DNA from: Chrysomallon squamiferum
Lineage: Eukaryota > Animalia > Mollusca
Direction: 5' to 3'
NCBI GenBank assembly: GCA_012295275.1
Contig: CM022670.1
Location: 27,838,001-27,902,000, forward strand
Length of the DNA: 64,000 nucleotides
The notes beneath the pieces were generated by a model. It saw only the letters and a list, made by a program, of their open reading frames with translations, did not search any database and had not been told where the DNA came from. This document shows, in pieces, positions 56,097-64,000 of this stretch (positions within the stretch are counted from its first letter, which is position 1; every line of letters begins with the position of its first letter). The position numbers and the translations under genes are program-made.

Positions 56097-56408
56097 TTCC
56101 CGGAGAACCAAAGAGAGTCAGAGTGGAGGCTATTAACTCGACCGCCATTTTTGTTGAATGGCGGCCGCCAACGAATCAGAATGGTATAATTCGTGGCTAT
56201 CAAGTCTACTACACAGAGGTCGACAGTAATGATGATCCAATTCCTGGTAAAACTCCACGATTCCATGATACCTTTGAAGGCACAACCCATGAGGCAGTGA
56301 TTACCTCCCTTAAACCAGATACCCGCTACACAATTCGAGTTGCTGGATATACGAGGAAAGGGGACGGCATTCGAAGTCGGGTTAAAATAATAACCACCAA
56401 GGGTGCAG
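56097..56408 (+). CDS. Lar: LAR-family RPTP exon: FN3-5
   Basis: ctttag|TTCCC...GCAG|gtaaat; 312 nt, phase 1-1; VPGEPKRVRVEAINSTAIFVEWRPP...VAGYTRKGDGIRS...TTKGA. Confidence 0.95.
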
Positions 56409-57889
56409 GTAAATTGGAAAGAGGATTAAAATTACAACACGAATTAATTAAAAGATAGAATAATATTATTATTATTATTATTTTTAAATGCAGTTTTTAA
56501 AGTAGTGTTGTCATTTTGTTGCAGCTGCATGCGAATAGCGCGTCATTGATATATTTTAATTTTTTTTAATTGGGCATGCTCGAGCTTTAAATGTTGGCGC
56601 CTGTATTTGGTCCATGCATTTATATGGATTGTTTGTATTTTGTACATTTTACACAATTATTCTGTAGTTTGTTTTTATCATGAAGACTACAGCAGTAGGT
56701 TTTTCTATACATATTTGGAGAAGCATATTAATATTAAACAGTAATTCATTGTAAAATTTACTTTGGCTTATGCTTTTTCTGAAAGTTCTCACAATAATGC
56801 CATGTAAGATTACCTTAAAACAAACACAAGCATACACAGGCATACAGAAACAAATACATATATACTGTAATATTGATTTTAAATGCTTTTATTGTTATTA
56901 CCACTAATAAAAAGCTAAGCATGTCATATGAATAGAATATCTCAGATATTAGAAATATTTAGTCTGTATATTTGTGAAGTGCAGTGGTATGTCATTCTCA
57001 TCATTAGAGAAGTATTTTCTCATGCCACTGTGGTGGAATATTTTCTCACACGCTGAATCATGAACAACACATTCTTACATGGTAACATGCTAATAGTTGG
57101 ATTCACCTTCTTCTCTCATCTGACTGACAGTTCTGCATGGCAAATAGGTTAAAAAATACAAATTAACAAATAGTAGAATATAACATATATGACAGATATA
57201 TTTAATTAAAAATAATAATAAATATAAAAATACAATAATAAAAATTCTTCTTCTTACTACTACTACTATTATTATTATTATTATATTTATTTTTTTTATC
57301 AAATTTGATCTATCAAGGTTTACAACTCATCCTATGTTGCTATTGCATTAATTCTTTTCTTAAATATAAATTAAAAAAAAAATAATTAAAGAAAAAAGAA
57401 AAATCAAGAAACAAATGAAGAAGAAGAATAATAAGAAAATTATGATTTTAAAAAAGTAAAAGAAAATGTTTGTATATTTTAATTCATATTTTATTGTACT
57501 TCATCATTACATGTGTTCATTTCTTTTATTAAATAATAATAATGATGGCTAATTTTCAAAAGAGTTATAAAAAAATAAAATAAAATAAAAGAAAGGAAAG
57601 TAAGAAAAACTAATCACATATATATATTGTGGTTAGTTAATTTTCTTATTAAAATACTTATTAGGGGATAAACATTTCACTGTGCGCAGTGCTAAGCTTT
57701 TAGATTTTTGCTATGAACAGTTGACAACTAGCACTAAAAGCCATGCTTTACATAAATCAGTACATTGTTTCCTACATAACTGTATTATTTATTTATTTAT
57801 TTATTTTATATTACTTTTATTAAGTAAAACATATCTTCTTTCTTATTGTTATTATTCTGATTTTTATTATTACTTTCTCGTTCATATAG

Positions 57890-58084
57890 TTCCTACACCA
57901 CCTCGAAACCTGCATGTTGATCTAATTCAAGAAGATCCCCCAAGAGTTAAGGTTACTTGGCAGAGGCCTAAAGAAACATATGGAGCCCTTACAAACTACA
58001 AGATCATCTGGGGTCGAATTGGAGAGAGATATGAGGAAAAAATTCTACCAACAGAAATTTATTCCTTTGTCACATACTCTCTAG
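57890..58084 (+). CDS. Lar: LAR-family RPTP exon: FN3-6 N-terminal part
   Basis: atatag|TTCCT...CTAG|gtaggc; 195 nt, phase 1-1; VPTPPRNLHVDL...VTWQRPKETYGALTNYKIIW. Confidence 0.92.
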
Positions 58085-58917
58085 GTAGGCAGAATGTCAA
58101 TTTTGATAACATATATAATTTTTAAACACATACTTTCATGTAGATAAAACTTTAAAAAACAATTTTTTTTTAAATTATTATTATTCTTAGTTATAGTCAA
58201 AAAACTTATTAATTTATTATTAGAAACAGTAATAGCAAAAATAATGGTAGCAACAACTATAAAATTGGTATTTTATTTATAGTAGTAGCAGGTTTCACAT
58301 TCACAGTATTTAGTAGGATTCATAGTTATCAATAGTAATAGTAGTATTAGTTGTGGTGGTAGTGGTAGTTGTAGTAATAGTTGTAGCAGTTGTAGTAGCA
58401 TCTGAAGTAACAGCAGTAGATTTAGTATTGGTTGTAATAGAAAGTGTATTAGTAGAAGTAGCAACAGAAATACAGTCATGGAAGCATTGTTGTCAACATC
58501 TTCATTTATTATTATTATTATTATTGTTCACATCAGAAAATCTAACTGATAAAAGCTGCAGTTATAAAACTCTTTGATGTTTAACTGTTTCTGAAGCTTA
58601 CTTATGAAAAAAGTAAAATATGTTTAATGATTTAATGCTGGTCATAAACAAGTAATAAAAATCCTGGTATGTGAAATGTATGAAAAAACTTTGAAATTAG
58701 GATTAGACAAGATTGCAGCAAAATTTCATTGCTTCTCTTTTATTATAGTGTTAGCAGATTTCTTTAACTTGCTGTTACTTGTTATCTTTATGACTTTCAA
58801 ATGTTCTATGTGTGTGAGTCCAAACTTAATGTGATGTTTAAAACTTAGAAGAAAAAAAAAGGGTTAGAAACATGAAAATTTACATTCATGACAGACGGAT
58901 TTGATGTGTGATTTCAG

Positions 58918-59010
58918 ATAAGGGTACAACTTACGAGTTCCGAGTGTCTGCTAAGAATGATGTTGACTACGGGGAGCGCAGTGTCCAGACCATAAAAACA
59001 CCAGACGGAG
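58918..59010 (+). CDS. Lar: LAR-family RPTP exon: FN3-6 C-terminal part
   Basis: tttcag|ATAAG...GGAG|gtgagt; 93 nt, phase 1-1; DKGTTYEFRVSAKNDVDYGERSVQTIKTPDG. Confidence 0.92.
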
Positions 59011-59456
59011 GTGAGTTTAATTACTTTTTAATGTGGTCTTAGTCAAAAGTGCAATTCTGTACTTGTGGGAATTCTCTTTTTTCTTCTTATTTTTATTTTT
59101 TTTATTTTTTTTGTTTTTTAAATACTTATTTTTTCAGTTCTTTCTTTTTTCTTTTTCTTTTCATTTATTTTCTATTTACCATTTTTTAATTAAATTTTTA
59201 TTCTTTTTCATCCTTTTTTTTTTGTTTCAAATTAGTTTTTGTTGCATTGGTTTTTATTATTATTATTATTATTATTATTTTTTTTTTTTTTTTTTTACTT
59301 CATTCAAAACTGTTTTTAGTTTCATTTTATTTTTCTTACAAAATTTTAACTTTTTTAAACAAAGATGTCTATTTAAGAGAAACTTGATATTTAGAGAAAA
59401 ACTAATATAATTAAATAAAAACTTGTGTTTTAGAAGATTTATAATTTATTTTTTAG

Positions 59457-59750
59457 CACCTGCTGGGGCACCTCAGAATTTCACTGCCACTGGACTGAGT
59501 GAAACAAGTGTGCATCTGACTTGGGATCTGCCTGCACGTGCTCTGCGTAACGGTGACATTGTCATGTATCAGATAACATACCACAAGCTGTCTGACCCCA
59601 TCAACGAGGAGGACCTTAATGTGACAGACACATTTGTGGACATTCTTGGACTGGAGATGAACACAGACTATATTTTTACTATAAAGGCTTACACCAGCAA
59701 AGGTTCTGGTCCATGGAGTAACAAGTTACACTTCAGGACATTCGGTAGAA
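59457..59750 (+). CDS. Lar: LAR-family RPTP exon: FN3-7
   Basis: ttttag|CACCT...AGAA|gtatgt; 294 nt, phase 1-1; APAGAPQNFTATGLSETSVHLTWDLP...IKAYTSKGSGPWS. Confidence 0.94.
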
Positions 59751-60126
59751 GTATGTATTCAGTTGTTAAATTTACAATGTAATTATGCAATTGGAATTAT
59801 TATTAATATTGTCACTACTTTTGGTTGTTAATTTAAAATTAATTTTGTTTAATAAATCACATGAATGTAAACATATAAATTTAAATACACTTGCAAAATG
59901 ATTATTATTCATTCTCCTATACATTCAAATATAATATACTTTCTTGTACAGACACATGCATGCACACAGACATTATTTGAGTAGAATAATTTATTGTTGT
60001 TTTCAGAAACTTCTTGTATTTGTCTTTTTCTTCTTCTGAAGATTTCCACATTGTTTATTCTTAAAGCACAATTTAAAAAATCAAACAACTTATATTATAT
60101 TCTATATTTTAATTTTTTTATGTTTA

Positions 60127-60181
60127 TTTTTCTGTTTGTTAACAACACTTTTTCTGTTTGTTAACAACACTTTTTCTGTTT
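60127..60181. repeat. 22-bp tandem duplication at the FN3-8 acceptor
   Basis: tttttctgtttgttaacaacac, about 2.5 copies. Confidence 0.9.
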
Positions 60182-60184
60182 CAG

Positions 60185-60472
60185 TGCCACCAGCACCAAA
60201 AAATGTCAAGATTCGTCGCACTTCGTTGACCATCATCGAGGTAACGTGGGATGAACCCAACTTCCCTGTTGCTGGCTACCGCATCTACTACAACATGTTT
60301 GCTATTCCGGACATGGACTCATGGCAGACTCTGGACACTGGACCGTACACTGTGGCTGAAATCACTGGACTTGAACCTCACACTGTCTATGCAGTCAGGG
60401 TTCAGGCCAAGTCTGTGGATGAACGCTATGGCAACCTCTCTGAAGTGGTCACTTCAGATTTCATTCCTAAAT
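60185..60472 (+). CDS. Lar: LAR-family RPTP exon: FN3-8
   Basis: tttcag|TGCCA...AAAT|gtgagt; 288 nt, phase 1-1; MPPAPKNVKIRRTSLTIIEVTWDEP...GLEPHTVYAVRVQA. Confidence 0.93.
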
Positions 60473-60510
60473 GTGAGTAATCTCCAGTCATGGTTCTGTT
60501 TTATATTTTC

Positions 60511-60542
<32 letters not shown>

Positions 60543-60551
60543 TTATTATTA

Positions 60552-60616
<65 letters not shown>

Positions 60617-60865
60617 TAGTTACTTATTTTATTTTATTTTGTAAACCATGTGACTAGATTCAGCAAGATTGTTAATAAATAGATAAACAAAATATAATAT
60701 CCCTTCTTTATTGTTTAGAATCATTATTCTCCTCAACTCTGAATTTTGTTAAAGTCACTGATTAATAAAACCAGAGTAATAATTAAATGAAAAGTTCTAT
60801 TATAAAATAAAAATGAAAATGTTATGAGATGTAAATTGTAAAGAAACTTAACCCTTTACTTCCAG

Positions 60866-60969
60866 TCCGACATGACACTGTAAAGAATTTCCGTGTGACT
60901 CTTCGGAATTCTAACATGGTGAAACTGTCATGGGATCGACCCGAGAAGCCTTTTGTGAATTCTTACCTG
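60866..60969 (+). CDS. Lar: LAR-family RPTP exon: FN3-9 N-terminal part
   Basis: ttccag|TCCGA...CTG|gtaagt; 104 nt, phase 1-0; FRHDTVKNFRVTLRNSNMVKLSWDRPEKPFVNSYL. Confidence 0.88.
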
Positions 60970-61083
60970 GTAAGTCACGAATTCTCATCTGTGAATCATG
61001 AATTCTTACCTAATAATAGTTTAGCTCTTATTTGGTAAAACATTAATTCTTACCTGGTAAATCATGAATTCTTATCTGGTATC
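60957..61083. repeat. Degenerate ~21-22-bp tandem array derived from an exon end and splice donor
   Basis: About 6 copies of gaattcttacctggtaa(g/a)tca(c/t). Confidence 0.8.
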
Positions 61084-61269
61084 TTCATGAGAATGGATAA
61101 TATAATGTTTTTAAATCAATTTATGTTATAAGAAATGTCTGCTAGATTATAAATTTAGAAAAAGCTAATTTTACATATTCTACATATTCTAATCCTCAGT
61201 ACTAAATGTAATTTAAAATTGTATTTTACATTCATGTATTAATTTTTAACCTGTAATTCTGTTTTTCAG

Positions 61270-61484
61270 CTGAAGTACGAGGGTGTCAAACATTACCGTG
61301 AGAACGATGCTATAAAACAGGTAATCCAGGGTCCAGACGAAGTGACGAATCCCTGGTCAGTACTCACAGTGGACTCTGCAGAATCTGAAACCAAAGATGC
61401 GATTTGACTTCAACATCAGTGTCATCTTCCAAGATGGTTCTGTTGGAGGAGATCAACACATCACCACGGAAACACTTATTGAAG
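61270..61484 (+). CDS. Lar: LAR-family RPTP exon: FN3-9 C-terminal part, with an apparent +1 frameshift
   Basis: tttcag|CTGAAG...GAAG|gtaaac; 215 nt where 3n+1 is needed; LKYEGVKHY...PDEVT then, shifted by +1, IPGQYSQWTLQNLKPKMRFDFNISVIF...TETLIE. Confidence 0.82.
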
Positions 61485-61887
61485 GTAAACAGCTAACTTA
61501 AAAAGACCAGTATTGCGTTGTTTTTTCAATATACAGTGAGTCTTTGTATGTTAGTTAGCAGGCATTTGTTTCCATCAGAAATTAATTATATTTATAAGTA
61601 GTCTTGTAATATTAATTTAAAAACATCTGTTTTATCTTTCTCTGTGCATGTTAGAACTGCCAGTTGAAAATGTGCTTCAATTTAGCATATTTATTTGTTT
61701 ATTATTATTGTTTTATTTATTTATTTATTTATCTTTATTATTATCATCATCATCATTATCTATATTAATATTATTATTATTATTTAAATTCCTATTAAAA
61801 ACATGAGATATTAATTTTTATTTTTGTTTCACATATTGTATTTTCACCATCAAAGAAGCTCTATTTTTGATTCCTCTTTATCCCCAG

Positions 61888-62063
61888 CCCCACACTATGT
61901 GCACAGGCCAGAGGTTGTGAAAATATCAAAGGGATCAATCACACTGAAGCTGCGGCGGGCGTCTGAAAAGAATGGTCCCATCAGTCACTACCACGTGATT
62001 GTTGTTCCACAGAGACGTGATCAGACGTTGCAGAAATTCCCTCAAGATTTCACACTTGATATG
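61888..62063 (+). CDS. Lar: LAR-family RPTP exon: membrane-proximal FN-like region 1
   Basis: ccccag|CCCCA...ATG|gtatgt; 176 nt, phase 1-0; ...LRRASEKNGPISHYHVIVVP. Confidence 0.92.
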
Positions 62064-62834
62064 GTATGTTAACATTCCCTGGTCCAAGCAACAAAACAGC
62101 CACTTTCATGATTGTGATTGTCCGGTGTATGTTTTAAGTGTATTGTAATTCCCAGTATAAATCCAAGGATTGTGAAAAAAAAGTTATTTTATCTGAAGCA
62201 AGGCTACAGTGGTTCAGCACTGAATCTAGATATAAACAAATCATCAGATGAGTGATGTACCAGTTTAAGGAAAACAAAGTGTCTTAATTTAATTGTTGGA
62301 ATTTGATAGGCTATTTTGATGTGGAGTGTTTTATTGATCAGATAGTAAAATAAAATGTTTAAATTAAACTATGAACTATAGGAGTACAGTGTTAGTAATG
62401 TGTTTGTGTTTGGTGCTTGTTGTTCAGTTTGTTTGTCATATTCTAACATCACATTGAAACATGTGGAATTCGAGATAAGAATCTGTTTGACATATGTGAA
62501 TGAATTTAAAGGAAATTTGCTTATTGTGGCTTCAACTGATAAAGTTAGAACTTTAAAGTCACTTGAATGGAACTCTTTTGTCTGATAAATCAGAAAGTAT
62601 TAAAGAGATGTGCTTTAAAAGATTATTCTGACAATGATATGCTTTAAAAAAAAAAGTATTTTAACTTCATGTTAAAATAAATTTTGTTGTTTTTGAAAGA
62701 TATATTGAAAAATATAGATCTGTTGACATATTCATAATTACATAAAAACAAACAAGACCATTTGTATTACATGGATTCCTTTATTTATTTATTTATTAAA
62801 GCTGGTGACATATGTATTCTGTTTATTGTTGCAG

Positions 62835-63023
62835 CTGTCTAAGGACACGGAGAGTGTGGATAACCCGGCTGCCTATCCTTACATCGCTGCTCGGTTTGAT
62901 GCTCGGAACTTGCCGTCCGAGTTTGAACTGGGCAACGGACAGGAATACGACGCATTCTTCAACAGACCCCTGGATCCTGAAGATCAGTATCGAGTATTCT
63001 TACGAGCATATTCGGTTGATCCT
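62835..63023 (+). CDS. Lar: LAR-family RPTP exon: membrane-proximal FN-like region 2
   Basis: ttgcag|CTGTC...CCT|gtaagt; 189 nt, phase 0-0; YPYIAARF...LPSEFELGNGQEYDAFFNRPL...YRVFLRA, a typical RPTP juxtamembrane motif. Confidence 0.93.
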
Positions 63024-63529
63024 GTAAGTTTGGGTTTATATGACATACAATAGTTTCTATTATGTTAATATCTTTAATCATAATTGTCTTACCTTTGGGC
63101 TTTAAACACAGTCAGCATTATAAATGATTTAATTTTAAATGTAATCCGTATTAAAATAAATAAAATTATTCCGATTATCGTAGGTATTTTTTTTACAGAT
63201 ATGCCATCTCAATAAACATAGCAATTCAATGTTATTTGTTGGATAGAAATTCATAACTGTCAAACACAATTATCAAAAATTGAATGTAATGAACAAAACA
63301 ATAAAAAAAAAATAGCAAAATAACAAATTTTCATAGACTGTTAGTTTATGACACTGCAATATACTTTAATAATTTAATAATAATTATGATCAGTTTCAGT
63401 ATTTTTTTTTCTTATCTTTCTATTACTTTTTTACTCTGTACAACAGCACTGAAATTTACAGAAAGAGTGGAGTTCAAAGAAGGTTGATTTCTGTGGTTAT
63501 ATTTTCTATGTGATATTGTAATATTTCAG

Positions 63530-63789
63530 CGGTTGTACACATCCAGCGACTACTCTGAACTGATCCAGCTCTCTGATGACGGGACCACCATTTGGGTGGA
63601 TCCTAGCACTCACAGAAAGCCAGGAGGGAACAACGGTAGATCTGGTGGGAAACCTGTGTCTGTTGGTGGGCCTGAAGAGGTGGAAGAAAGCAATGAAAAC
63701 AACAAACTTCTTATGATCGTGGCACCGGCTTGTGGCGGCGGAGTTTTCCTTATTTTAATATGTGCAGTCATAGCTTTTTTAATGTTCCG
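63530..63789 (+). CDS. Lar: LAR-family RPTP exon: stalk and transmembrane helix
   Basis: tttcag|CGGTTG...TTCCG|gtacgt; 260 nt, phase 0-2; RLYTSSDYS...; TM helix LLMIVAPACGGGVFLILICAVIAFLMF at about 63707-63787. Confidence 0.92.
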
Positions 63790-64000
63790 GTACGTTAAAA
63801 TTAACTGTCAAATTAATGTTGTCAATGTCTTAATTTGTTAGAAAGCAGAGTGTGTTTATCTCATTTAAGTAATTATTTGAATTTCTTCTGAATAAATATC
63901 ATGTCATATTGAAAAATATATGTATGTTTTGAATATATACAGTAAGAATGCAAAAATATGTGTGTATATATCAATATATCTGCATCTATCTATTTATCTA

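Noticed and set aside
57682-57889. Hydrophobic in-frame extension before FN3-6 (similar ones at 53866, 59423, 60136 and 61824)
   Set aside because: GTG/TTG starts only; the hydrophobicity comes from T-rich intron sequence

Overview
AT-rich animal (probably invertebrate, lophotrochozoan/mollusc-like) genomic DNA lying entirely inside one + strand gene: a LAR-family (type IIa) receptor protein tyrosine phosphatase (Lar / PTPRF-D-S family). I traced 16 GT-AG exons by hand, encoding Ig3, nine FN3 domains, the membrane-proximal FN-like region and the transmembrane helix. Ig1-2 and the phosphatase domains lie outside the window. Splice phases join up except for one +1 frameshift in the second FN3-9 exon (61270-61484). 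Almost all other ORFs in the track are low-complexity intronic noise. Three observations stand out. (1) A candidate internal promoter (near-perfect RFX X-box, NF-Y CCAAT box, E-box) is followed by an ATG-free leader and an in-frame signal-peptide-like extension of the FN3-1 exon, suggesting an Ig-less receptor isoform. (2) The FN3-2/FN3-3 intron holds a cluster of in-frame micro-exons (21 nt, 12 nt, possibly 12/9 nt) and candidate stop-containing exons, embedded among palindromes, hairpins and RBFOX/STAR motifs. (3) There is a zero-length AG|GTAAGT recursive-type splice site. All isoform claims are inferences that need transcript data.
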